DNA of 64,000 bases, taken from NCBI RefSeq assembly GCF_018350175.1, contig NC_058368.1, forward strand, positions 61,878,001-61,942,000, given 5' to 3'. This document shows, one piece after another, positions 51,395 through 63,737 of this stretch (within the stretch, counting starts at the first letter, position 1; every line of letters begins with the position of its first letter). The stretch comes from Felis catus (taxonomy: Eukaryota). Position numbers and translations under genes: made by a program. Under the pieces are notes generated by a model. It worked only from the letters and a program-made list of their open reading frames with translations. It was not told where the DNA came from and made no database searches.

Positions 51395-52445
51395 TGATTG
51401 AATTCATTATAAGGCATGTCTATTTTATGCACACTTTGCAGAAATAAAATTCAGAATAATGCTTATTATGTTACTTTATTATTTTTATAAAGTGACCCAT
51501 GTGCTACATTTTTATTTGAATTCAATGCTAGGAAAAAATTTTATCTTTACAGAAAAATAAAACAAATCACTACAAGTAAAACACTAAACAAGTAAAAACA
51601 AGAAAAACTTAAACAGTTTTATTTGTGACACAATGAGAACTGAACATCTTTTCAAGGTTTTTTTTTTTTTTTAAATGACTTGCTTCCAGAAAGCTAACAA
51701 CAACATAAATCTTTTAACCTGATTAGTTTTGCCAAATGTTGCCTGTTAAGTAATTTGCTTGTATAATCATGATGCTCTGTTTAATATTTATTAAATATAT
51801 ACATACATTTGTGTATTTTATATGACTTTACCTAATATTCTATATGCCAGAGAAATTTGATTTATAAAGATATAATCTGTATTTCAGTAAAAATATGGAT
51901 TGTTTTGCCAAACAACAAAACCCTTATTAGCTATTAAAGCCATATTGTGTATTGTTGGATCTTATATGGCTTGATAGGTTATGTAATGGTACAAAAGTAT
52001 TTTCTAATACTTTTCTTCCCTCTTGGCCAGTCCATTTTTTTAATGATTTATTGTTTCTAGGAATACAATTTGAAGATATTTAATTTTTTCACATTTTAAA
52101 AATATATTGATTCATTAATACACTTAAGAAATATTTAAATAATATTTAAGAATTTATTCATTTTTCTAAATATTATAATTCATTCCATATATGAAATGAT
52201 ACTTAAAAATTATGACTTTATTAACTCTGAAAATTTTGCTTTATGTTTATTTAGATAACTTAGAGGCAAATTAATTAACTTTTTATTATAGTCTAATAGA
52301 GCGCCATCCAAACTTGTGCACAAGCACAAACATACAAAGTTTAATTTTTGCAAAAATGGTGCAGTTATTTACCCCTTAAATAAGAAAACTCACGTACATT
52401 AAATTCATGTATTCCACGGCTAACTTTAAAAAATTATTTGACTGA

Positions 52446-52670
52446 TGGAGTGCCTCCATGGTTCAGTCAGTTGAGCATCTGATTTGATTTCAGCTCAAGT
52501 CATGATCTCAGGTTTAGTGAGATTGAGCCCCTCATTGGGCTCTGTGCTGACAGTGCAGAGCCTGCTTGGGATTTTCTCTCTCCCTCTCTCTGCCCTTTCC
52601 TTACTCATGCTCTCTCTCTTCTTTCTCTCTCCAAATAAATGAACAAATAAACAAACTATCTAACTAACTA
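52446..52670 (+). mobile_element. CAN-SINE (older)
   Basis: Diverged SINEC; degenerate TSD AAAAATTATTTGACTGA / AAAAATAACTTGATTGA. Confidence 0.9.
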
Positions 52671-54439
52671 AAAAATAACTTGATTGAAACATAGTAAATT
52701 GTCAAATTTGTTTTTTAAAAATAGTTTAACTTCATAAATTTCACTTGACTCAGTCTAAACCAGAATCTTTGTAAAAATATACTTTATCAGCTTGGTTATT
52801 GCTATTCTTTCTAATAAAGGTTATATACCTGAGAGATTAAACAAAAGTTTATAGTTAATCTGAAAAATATAAAGAGCTCAACTGTAATCAGAAAGAGAGC
52901 ATTTAAGTATTTAATCTTACATAACCTGAGTGGTCTCTTCCTTCACATTCTTCCTATGGCCACTGGAATATAAATAGGTCTTAACTTTCTGTATTTCATA
53001 TTTGAGGATATTTTCAATGCAGCACTTGATTATTTTGTCAAAAACATCATTGTAGGTTTTTGATAAAATACAATTGTAATAAATTGTTTAACTCAGATCA
53101 AAGAGATTATTGATTTGTAGTAATCATTTCCATACTTGCCAGAAAATCATATATATCAGGTACAATTTCCAAAATTACATTGCTTTTCTTCAACATAGGC
53201 CAGTACATACACTGATGACTACAATGAAGAAATAAAATCATTACTAGAATTCCTTCATTCACAAATATTTCATCAACACAGTAGCAGTTATTAATATTTC
53301 CATTTAAACAAGGAGGTAATTGCACACCAAGAATTTCAGACAAAAGAAGATCTGTTAGTTTGTTTAGCTCTCATAACTCAGGTGTTCAGGGCAGGTGCAA
53401 ATTGTTCTAGTTATAAGACCAGAGTCTATTATTTAACTCTGTGCCCTGTAAATTGGCTTTACACCAAGAGTCTACACTGAGATCTCCACAAGGCTGATGA
53501 GTCTCATTTTCTTCAACAGTCTTTTGCCTCATAATCTCATACTATCACTATACATATTCTCATAATTAAGTGATGCAAGTTTTTGGAAGCTATAAAAACC
53601 CATGATGAAATAATTGATGTTTTCTCTGTTTGTATTATATACCACACTACCCTATTTGTGGGCCTAATTGACATTAACATATGATAAATGTTCAATAAAT
53701 ATGTAAATAGGCTTCAGTATTACTAAAACTACTCTTTTTTAATTGTTAAAAGTAGACCCCGAATATATATATGGATGTATATGCACACACACACATATAT
53801 ATGGATATATATACATACAGACATATATAAATTACTGCATCTAGAAACTGTGTTCCCCATCTAAATATTTGTAAACCCTGGTTTATTTTGGTTACATGGG
53901 ACCATTAGAGTGCTTTGCTCTGTATTTGGGGCATGTTCACAACTCAGGAAAGTGATGTCCTCCTATGTTCAGAATGTTTATCAAAGAAAATTCACCTTGA
54001 TCACAGACTTGCTTTGGTGTGACATCTAATTTCTTTCCATCTGAAGCCCAGCTGACTCTAAGCTGACACAAACTATTTCTAAGTGAGAAATTTCTAGTTT
54101 CACGTTAGCCCCTGTTGCCTCCTACATGGTGCCTCTGATGGTGAAAAGTGCTTTCCATGATGTGAGAATGCAGATGGGAAATTCCTGCCACACCTGGAAA
54201 TTTTGCTTGGTGTAGCTTTATCGGGTCTCTTAGGTCCAGTGACACAGCAATGAATGCTGTTGACATGTAGCACCATAATTGGATCCAATTTAAATTATCC
54301 CCATCTTTCCAGGAGCCTTCTCTTTAACTCCAAATTACAGAAGTTTACTGTGCTTTTTCAGGATTCCCCCAATTTTTTTCATAGCATTGTATTAATTTTT
54401 GTGATGGGAAATGAGTCAGACATCGATGCTTTCTGTCAA

Positions 54440-54905
54440 TATGATTCTACACCTAGATTAAAACTCCAAATCCTTCTCAAAGCTTAAAGGTGCCATAAAA
54501 TCTGACCCGTTGTTATGGCACTGGCTTCATTTCTTTCTGCCCGTCCTCTTGAGCCATACAAGCCATCTATTATACCAAGCATGTTCCCATCTCAGGGCAT
54601 GTTCTCTCAGGTAAATTCATCCATCAGTTGTTCCCAAAGATTACTGCTTCACTTTATTCAAGTCTTATCAAGACTTCTCCCTATATTATTTTGTTTTTTC
54701 TTCATATCACTCAACACTATCCAGCATTTCGTATATGTATATATGTGTATGAATACTTGTGTGTGTGTGTTTCAAATAGAATGTAAAATTCATCCAGGTA
54801 GGACTTTCAGTCTTATCGGTCTTGTCCATCACTTTATGCTCACTGTACAGAACAGTAACCGGGCCATAATGAGACTTCAATAAATATTGCTTGAAAAAAT
54901 GAACT
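54440..54905 (+). mobile_element. L2 3' end relic
   Basis: aaactccaaatcctt, ccaagcatgttcccatctcagggc, tagaatgtaaaattcatccaggtaggact, tcaataaatattgcttgaaaaaatgaa. Confidence 0.8.
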
Positions 54906-55328
54906 GTAGAGTAAATGAATCTGTACCTAAGAAATACTACTGAAAAATTATAAATTGTGCTTGAAACCATCCTCATATTTTAAATATGATGTATATTGCC
55001 TGATCATATGTATTTAATAAACTGGTAGTTCATTTCTGGATGTTTGTTCTACCATCATTTTTTTAGAAGTCTTATGACATATGAAGTACCAATCAGTATT
55101 AATAACATTTCTGTGGCTTATGTTTGGATACATAGACTCCTTATATATTTAATTAGATTTAACTTTACTTAATATAATTTATATTAGTGTTCAAATTTTT
55201 TTAGACTATGGGCCATAATATAAATAATATACCCACTTTTTGTTGCTAAAATGAAGTTTTAATGATTTCCTCCCATTTGATAGTGTGACATATGTATGGT
55301 CTTTCCAGCCCCAAACTTGGTTAATCTT

Positions 55329-55330
<2 letters not shown>

Positions 55331-55362
<32 letters not shown>
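55331..55362. repeat. (GT)n microsatellite
   Basis: Perfect GT run. Confidence 0.95.
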
Positions 55363-55363
<1 letters not shown>

Positions 55364-55879
55364 ATTGTAGGTATAGTATATTCATGTATATACATCTGAA
55401 ATGTAAAATCATATTTATTGTTAGGAATAATAAAAGCACTGTTTTTCAAGAATGTAAGTTACATTCAATCATCATTACACCATTTCTCTGATTAGAGTTC
55501 TACTAAAGCTACCTTACTGCTTTGTTGCCTAATAAATTCTAATGGCTTAATCTGAAATAGTCATTTAAAGAGAACTCTAAGTCTCTATCACTCTACTTTT
55601 TATAGACTTTTTTAACCAAAAAGCAAAAAATATTATATTTTGAATTGTATAGCAGGAAATATATATGAATATGAATCTTTTGAGTGGTATTTAACATTCA
55701 ATCCATATAAAATAAATTGAAGGCAATAGGCTAAAGTTGATGACAAACAGAGCTTACAAAATATTGTAATATTTTTATGACCAAACAAAACTAGTGAGAA
55801 TAATAATGATAATAGCAACCAACTGTGCTTTCTATGTGATATTTACTGTGCCAAGTTTTGTATTTATTAAAAAGTTTTT

Positions 55880-56098
55880 GGGGGCGCCTGGGTGGCGCAG
55901 TCGGTTAAGCGTCCGACTTCAACCAGGTCACGATCTCACGGTCGTGAGTTCGAGCCCCGTGTCAGGCTCTGGGCTGATGGCTCAGAGCCTGGAGCCTGTT
56001 TCCGATTCTGTGTCTCCCTCTCTCTCTGCCCCTCCCCCGTTCATGCTCTGGCTCTCTCTGTCCCAAAAATAAATAAACGTTGAAAAAAAAATTAAAAA
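55880..56098 (+). mobile_element. Young feline SINE (SINEC_Fc-type) inside a reverse MIR relic
   Basis: Near-consensus body; TSD AAAAAGTTTTT(G) at 55869 and 56099; MIR-like flanks 55800-56230. Confidence 0.97.
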
Positions 56099-58239
56099 AA
56101 AAAGTTTTTGGTTCTCATAATCATAATGAATATGAGGCTAATTACTTCACTTTTATGGACAGAGAATATGACTCAGTGAGTCCAATATCAGCCCAGTAAG
56201 TGATGTAGCTGTGCTCTTATCCAAGTTTATAGTACCTGAAAACATAAGGTTTTCACAAACACACTATAATTTTCTAAATAATAGATTTCAGTTCCATTCT
56301 GATAAACATTGTTTGACTTTTGTAATGAAGCCTAATTTGAGACAGTAAGATCTTAAAATTAGTTTTTTTTTTCTGATGTGTTCTATTTATAAATTACTAC
56401 CATGGTTGTTTCTTTCAATTGTTTATGTGTTTCTAATTGAATAGTTTAGGTAATTTTCTATATACATTATTCGTGGTGTTTTACTTGGTTTTATATTTCT
56501 TTTACTTGTTTTTATTCCTTTAAATTTTCCTGCTATCTTACGGGTAAAACTAAACATGTTTTGTCTTAATATCTGGATTTAGCAACATACTGGTAGATCT
56601 TATAGCTATTTCCAAGCTTTGCTCTATATTCCAAGAAATACTGAGATATTAATACATTTTTTGGGGGGGTGGGGATAACCATCATCTCTTTTTCTACCAG
56701 TTACAATTTGATAGGTATTTCTTCTCCATGCCCCAGGACCTTGAATCTTTTTTCCTTTTTTGCTTGAAACAATAATGTTGCCAGTTCCTACAAAAACCAT
56801 CTTTTCAAAGCTTTTGTCTTGCAGAGCTATGGACAAATGAGTAGGGTAGGGATTCATACAGGCAGCTACTGCAAAAAATCTCTGGCTTGCTTGTCTCTAC
56901 TGGCAATTTTTATCTTTAATCATAATAATTTTAACCTTACTTCTGCCTTTTCAGGACATCTCTGAATCTGACAAAATAGGATTCTAACCAACAGTATATT
57001 ATCTCCTTCCTTACTCTGTCCAGAGGTAAAGTTGCTGGTAATGATCCATTTGGTTGCAAAATTAAAATTGAAAAGAGCCAAAGATCAGTATTACTGTACA
57101 GAAGGGAATAACACACCCGAGCTATCTAATTGTTCACAGGTAGAGTATAGAAACCATGTATTTCTGTATGATATATCTTCTGAGTTATGGATAGCTTTAT
57201 ATTTAGACAAGACTCTAAGTGAGAAAACCAACACAAGGAAAGTAAGATTGACTTCATATATCATACTTTAAGTAGGTGTGGTATACATTTCAACCCTGTC
57301 TATGCATCACCAAAGTATCCTCTGATACTTTGAAGATTAGAAACATGAAAATCAGGGCACTTTCCTTTCTCATAGATGTAAACTGATGCCTGGAGATGTG
57401 CTGTTCAAGGTGATTATTTTGCTGTGCTAGAAGGCACCCAGAAGTTTTCTAATAGGTGTCATAATTCAAGCTAAAGTCAACATATTTCAAAGCTCCAAAA
57501 ATATCTGTCACATATAAATGCATAAAATAAAATGGGTGTTAAGGCAGATAGCTATATGTGTCTTATTTTAGAGGAATATGAAATAATATGTCTTTTTAAA
57601 AATTTAAGCCTTGGACTATCTTAACACGATGCACAGTGTATGTATTATGGTATAAGATAGTATAAGTGTAATTCACTGGCCTAGTGGGTGAAGTGGATTG
57701 CCATAATATCAAGAAGCAGTCTTCAATTCCAGAGAATGATTTACTTAGTATGTATACTTTCTATTGCATCTATGTTATATATTAGTTAACCAATTATGTA
57801 GTTCGATGATTGATACATAGCATAAATACAGTGCTTTTACATCTAATGTAGGATACTGTTTACTATATCTTACGGTGTGTTTTCTCAATATAGTTTTCTG
57901 AATGTAGTATAGAAATGCCTTAACTGCCTTTTGTAAAGTTTTGCAATACAACAAATATTTTCTTTTCACTAGAATAACCAGTTGCTATTAGTAAAGTCCA
58001 ACATCATGAGAGTTCTAAGTTCTTAAAGCAAAGATACTCACCCAAGAAAAACATATATAAATTTTATTAATAAAAATAAAAGTATCTTTATAAAAGGTGT
58101 AAACATTGTGTTTTACACCTTCATAAGTGTATACTCTTGTTTTCCATATCTGGAGATTACATTCTAGTTCTGCAATTACATTTTGTCACCATTTAATTAC
58201 TCTGACATTTTAACTTTTATATGGACAGAAAACAAAATA

Positions 58240-59582
58240 CAGTAAAACCTTGGATTGCAAGTAAACTTGTTCTGCGAGTGTTCCACAAGAGGAACAAACA
58301 TTTCTAATAAACTTTAACTTAATAAACAAGCGATGTCTTGCAATAAGAGTACTACATGATGCCAAACATCACATGATCACAACTGAGCCAATGGTTCTTC
58401 TGTGTGTGTGTGTGTGTGTGTGTGTGCATGTGTGTGTGTGTGGGATTGTGCTTGATCATCTTCCATGCTCAGATATTCTGTCTCAGGCCACGGTATTTGG
58501 CAGAAATCGGGGATTTTTCAGAATGTTGGAAGAAGCACACAATTGGCAGTAGTGTATTTTTTGTCACTTCAAAGCATCTATGGACAGTCCTTTGCTTTCC
58601 ATACAAGAGTAAACTTAGGTAGGTTTTGCTTCATTCTAGGTCAGGCTGCCTGCCTCTGTTGCCTTATTGCCAGTTCCACTGAATACAGTATATGACAAGA
58701 GTTTATTAATATCGTACTGTACTGTAGTCAACACTTGTGGGAGTGTATACAATGGCCCCCATGCAGAAAAAATGGTTGAAAAAAAAAGGCAGTCAGAGGA
58801 AGGAGATGATTACGGTGGAAGTTAAGAAGGGAATTATCAAGAAGTACAAATGAGGTATGCGAGTGGCTGAAACTGCAAAATTTTGTAAGAAGTCTAAACC
58901 GACCATTTGCATAATATTAAAGAAGAAATAAGGGGGCTATATGTAGCAAAAGGAGTCATGATAATATCAAAGCAATGGCCATTTGTTCTGGAAGATGTAG
59001 AAAAGTTGCTTCTGGTTTAGATAAACGAGAGAACTGTATCTGGAAGAAGGCAAAGGCATTGTATACCAACCTGTAAGTAAACTGCCTGATACATCAACAG
59101 AAAAGGAGGGAGCCTTCAAGGAAAGAAGGGCATGGTTTGATAATTTTAAGAGGAGAAGTGGCATCCATGGTATTGTGAGGCACAGAGAGCCTGCACTAAG
59201 GCAGCCAAAGAGTTCACTACTGAGTTCCAGAAGCTCATGGTTTCTGAGTGTTACCTGCCAGGGCAAGATTTAAATGCAATGAGTCAGATTTTATGGAAAA
59301 AAGATACCAAAGGAGACCTACATTAGAGAAGAAAATGCAATGCCCAGTCATAATTCTATGAAAGACCATCTCACCCTCTTGTTTTGTGCTAATGGAAGCA
59401 GGATTTCAAAGTCAAGCCCCTGCTTGTGTATCATTCTGAGAATCCACGAACCTTCAAGAAATGCAAGGTGCGGAAGAGCCAGTTAAAAGTCATGTGGAGG
59501 TCCAACAACAAGGCTTGGGTCACCCATATCTTCTTCATTGACTGCATCAAAGAGGCCTTTGATCCTGCAGTGACAAAATACT
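58240..59582 (+). mobile_element. pogo/Tigger DNA transposon, 5' half with pseudogenised transposase
   Basis: TA|CAGTAAAACC TIR; ATG at 58752; frameshifted blocks KEMITVEVKKGII (HTH), LEDVEKLLLV, FKERRAWFDNFKRRSGIH (CENP-B-type HTH), MKDHLTLLFCAN and KVKPLLVYHSENPRTFKK..VMWRSNNKAWVT (DDE_1-type domain). Confidence 0.93.
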
Positions 59583-59587
59583 TTGTG

Positions 59588-59598
59588 TTCCTTCCTTC

Positions 59599-59645
<47 letters not shown>

Positions 59646-59648
59646 TCA
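59588..59648. repeat. (CTTT)n/(CCTT)n microsatellite, probably a decayed L1 poly(A) tail
   Basis: Tetranucleotide run abutting an antisense L1 3' end. Confidence 0.9.
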
Positions 59649-59748
59649 TTCTTCACTATATTTGACAAAAAATTACATTACTATCAGGTGTACAACATAG
59701 TGATTCAAAAGTTTATACATTATGCTCTGCTCCCCACAAGAGTAGCTA
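59649..59748 (-). mobile_element. Short carnivore L1 3'-end fragment
   Basis: ttacattactatcaggtgtacaacatagtgattcaaaagtttatacattatgctctgctccccacaagagtagcta. Confidence 0.75.
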
Positions 59749-61055
59749 ACTAGGTGTTTATTTTTCAACCAATTTCATTAAAAGATTTGACACAGTCAGT
59801 CACACTAAAACATGAACAAAATAAGTGCAACACATAGACACTTTAAATGTTTGTGGAAGCTTTAAGATTCTGCTACCAAAAGTATTAAGTATTTGTAATA
59901 TTGGCATTTCTTCTACAAAATGAGTTTTCTTCAAAGAATTTGGAAGCTCAAGAAATTAATTAAGGAACACCTTTGCTCTTGCCTAGTTTGATAGTAGTTA
60001 GAATAAAATTTCAGTCTTCAACTAACAAAAGTCAGGATTCTTGCTGCAGGTAGATAAAGAAGCTATTACCCTCTAAAGACAGCAGCTTTGGTTGAATGGT
60101 TTAGTGCTTCGTTTATCATAACAATGGGTGATAAGGCTAATAAGAAGTTGTGTTCCTCTAATGGTAGAGATAAGAAAAGACAGGACATTACTCTTGGGTA
60201 AATCTAGATAGGATCAAATTCTGGACTGGCTCCATGTTGCCTGGTAAACTGTCTAGCCAAAGAAAAAGAAAAACAGCAAAAGAAGAAAGAAAGGAAAAAA
60301 AAAACTTTAATATAGAACATCTTTAGGAAAAGTAACTTGGGAATCTGAAAATCTATACTTCCTCAGCTACTTTTCTACACTAAACCATTATTATCATAAT
60401 ATGGTTTTTGATAGTATAAGTGTTTCTTGTGAACATGACAGCATTTCTTGAGCATCTTATATTTATGTGAAAACATAAAGAACTTAGCCTAGAAGGATAG
60501 ACGTTTGAAATTATAGAGCAATAAAATGTTATTTAAGGAATATTCTAGCAATATAAAGTATTGTATGAGTGCAAAGAATCACGATTCATCTTAAAGCAGG
60601 TGACTTTTGAGTTGGTGTTGAAGACTGAGTAGGCTCACCAGATAAGTAAGGTAAGAGTATTCCAGTAAAGAGAACATAAAGGTCAAAAGCAGATGTGAGA
60701 AGGAATGGTGTGTGAGTGAACTTCAAATAGTAATAGGTTACATAATGGAAAGGCTGGAAATGGGACCAGAAACGGTAACTTGTTTACAGATTGCATTTGA
60801 CTCAAGTGGATGTCTTTAATCTCAGAATGTCATAGCCTGTGGTCCAGAGACCACCTACATCAAAACCACCTGAAGGGCTTGTGCTCAATAAACTTAATCT
60901 TATTCTCAATAATCTTAAGCTTACTTTTTTGTGAATGGAAACCAATGTAAAATGTGCATACCCCATGCATTGCCCAAGATGATATAGTGATAAATGAGAT
61001 GATACAAGAATATTAAACTTCTGTTTAGGTTTTAAGGGGAGAGAGAGAAAGAAAC

Positions 61056-61099
61056 TGTGTGTGTGTGTGCGTGTGTGTGTGACAGAGAGAGAGAGAGAC

Positions 61100-61130
<31 letters not shown>

Positions 61131-61135
61131 CAGAA
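61056..61135. repeat. (GT)n-(GA)n compound microsatellite
   Basis: Direct inspection. Confidence 0.95.
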
Positions 61136-61525
61136 AGGGGAAATGAGGGAGGGAGAAAAAGGAAGATACTTTATTATTATTTCTTATGTACACGTTGATA
61201 AAGCATCTTTCATTTTGCCTGTATATTACAGTATAGTATGTAGTATATCCTCATAGAAGAGATTGCCCTCCCATATCCATTTCCTTTCAGCATGTTGGGA
61301 TGTATTGCAGTTTAGACATGATGCATTAAGTTTTTTTATATATTATTTTATCTTGTTTTAACTGAGCTTATGCTCAAGTCTACAGTGAAGACTGCCATTT
61401 GAAACCACATGTTTTCTGAGTTGTTTCATCCATGAAAACCATTAAAATAAGTATTAAAAAACTGACTTTAGAACTTCTTCAAACTGTTAAAAAATAATTT
61501 TTGAGAAGGTATGTTTATACTATAA

Positions 61526-61526
<1 letters not shown>

Positions 61527-61588
<62 letters not shown>
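61527..61588. repeat. (TA)n-(GA)n compound microsatellite
   Basis: Direct inspection. Confidence 0.95.
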
Positions 61589-62137
61589 CATTAAACTCCC
61601 AGAACTAGATCTTATTATTAAGCCAGAAGATATTTTGGGTTGATAGATCTTTCTTTTATAAAGGAAACATTGTGGTGAACAAAATGACAGAATAAGAAAG
61701 ACTGTGAAATTGGAAAATTCTAAAATTCAAATTATTATCTTGCTTAAGAATTTTAATATTTCCCATTCTCTGTGACAGTGACCTTCAAAATTTTTGTGAT
61801 CACAGAACCCTCATGAATAATTGTGAGCACAAATGCAATGGTTGTCTGTTTATATTTCTATACTGTTCCATCCTATATTGTCCACAAATATTTCAAAAGT
61901 AGAAATAAAATGAAGAAATAACAGTAAAAAATCAGTATTGAAAAACTAAATGCTGATAGTACCAATTCCCTAAGTATTAAATAGAAACATGGAAAATCAG
62001 GGCAACATGGTAGGTATATAATATAGATTAGGTCATAGTATCATCACTGCTATTGGTGTTGATGTTCTTACTGGCTTGAGTGTCCCTTTGGTATAATTGC
62101 ATAGCCCGTCAAATTTCCTTTTTCATTCTCTTCATTT

Positions 62138-62167
62138 TGTTTTTTTAATGTTTATTTACTTTTGAGA

Positions 62168-62202
<35 letters not shown>

Positions 62203-62367
62203 GCATGAGTTGGGGAGGGGCAGAGAGAGAGGGAGACACAGAATCCAAAGCAGTCTCCAGGCTCTGAGCTGTCAGCACAGAGCCCTATGCAGGGCTCAAA
62301 CTCACAGACTGTGAGATCATGACCTGAGCTGATGTCGGATGAGTAATCTGAGCCACCCGGGTGCCCC
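62138..62367 (-). mobile_element. CAN-SINE
   Basis: SINEC body; TSD TCTCTTCATTT at 62127 and 62368. Confidence 0.95.
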
Positions 62368-62455
62368 TCTCTTCATTTCTTAACCCTTGGCTTCTGATTT
62401 TGTGAACATATATATGATAGTACAAAATAATTTCTCACTTTAAATAGTATATTTA

Positions 62456-62994
62456 GATCTTTTTCTTTTTGGATTCTTGAAATTTGGTTGCCATCATGAA
62501 CAATCTGGACAGTAACTGTCACACTAGGAAGTTCATGATCAACAGACTATTTGAGCAGAAACAATAGTCATAAACGTCCTTCACTCTGGGAAGGTGACAG
62601 TACCTAAGACAGAAATTTGGGGAAAACTTTCCAGAATGTACAAGACCACATCAGATGTCATCTTCATATTTGGATTCAGAACCCATTTTGGTGGTGGTGA
62701 GAAAACTGACTCTGGCATGATTTATGATTCCTGGGACGAGGCAAAGAAAAATGAACCCAGACATAGGCTCTCAAGATATAGCCTGTATGAGAAGAAAAAG
62801 ACCTCAAGAAAACAACAAAAGGAACACAAGAACAGAATGAAGAAAACCAGAGGGAGTATAAAAGCCAATGTTCGTACAGCAGAATGTTAGCTGGAGATAG
62901 GACAACAGAGTGAAGATCTGCATTGACTTTATCTGTGGTGATTTACAGATCTGTCATGAGAGGATTAATAGGCTAAGAACTTGGAGGTGGAAAA
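62456..62994 (+). pseudogene. RPS24: Processed pseudogene of 40S ribosomal protein S24 (eS24)
   Basis: gccatcATG at 62496; intronless; peptide [68 protein letters not shown] matches RPS24; N-terminal indels; 5' pyrimidine tract, 3' UTR, short A tail; perfect 14-bp TSD AAATAGTATATTTA at 62442 and 62995. Confidence 0.97.
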
Positions 62995-63492
62995 AAATAG
63001 TATATTTAATGTGTGTTCTAAATGGATTTATTTAGTGAAAGTCAATGGTACAGATGAATAGGTATAAGATTGCTTTAGATATTCTAGGTTGATTTTGTTA
63101 TCATACACTTTGCATCAGAAAGCAGTTTTCCATACCTCAGCACTTCATTTCCAAATATAAAAGAAAGTTCTGATTCTGTCAAGTTCATTATACATGAATT
63201 CAGGGCTTAGAGCCACAAAGTAGTTTAAGCTGTACTTGTCATTTTTTCTGTATTTAATGGAAAAAAAAAAGTTATGTTGTGTTTTGCTTTTTACCCAGAG
63301 GTTGCATTTAATGTCAGTGATATTCAAAAAGTTTTCATTCAAAAAATGCACAGATAGTTTTCTATTTTCTTTGATAGTATTAAAACATGTATTTGAATAG
63401 ATAGTGAACAATAATGATGTTACAAGCACATTTTTACAATAAAATATATATGTGGCATGTCTGTCTAATATACTAGATAAGTATAAGGTATT

Positions 63493-63737
63493 TTATTTTT
63501 TTAAGTTCATCATATTTATTTTGGGAAAGAAGGCTGTGCACCTGTGTGGGAGTGGGGGAGGAGCAGAGAGAGAGAGACAGAGATGGAGAGACAGAGAGAG
63601 AGAGAGAAAATCCCAACCAGGCTCCATGCTGTCAGTGCAGAGCCCGCTGAGGGGTTCAATCTCACGAACCGTGAGATCAAGACCTCAGCCAAAATCAAGA
63701 GTTAGATGCTTAACCAACTGAGCCACCCAGGCACCCC
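63493..63737 (-). mobile_element. CAN-SINE
   Basis: SINEC body ending gagccacccaggcacccc; AGTATA(AG/CA)GTATT at 63480 and 63738. Confidence 0.94.

Noticed and set aside
52920..53240. Possible minus-strand exons (acceptor TTTTATTTCTTCATTGTAG before 53218 with donors near 53135-53139; a second short purine-rich segment near 52930-52975)
   Set aside because: Peptides match nothing I recognise and joining the two segments in the open frame gives stops; needs RNA-seq or conservation evidence.
58094..58121. 10-bp hairpin AAGGTGTAAA / TTTACACCTT with 8-nt loop
   Set aside because: Short and isolated in AT-rich DNA; compatible with chance.
62594..62890. Functional RPS24 gene
   Set aside because: Intronless, TSD-flanked, N-terminal indels and many substitutions in a highly conserved protein; the ORF starts at an internal GTG.
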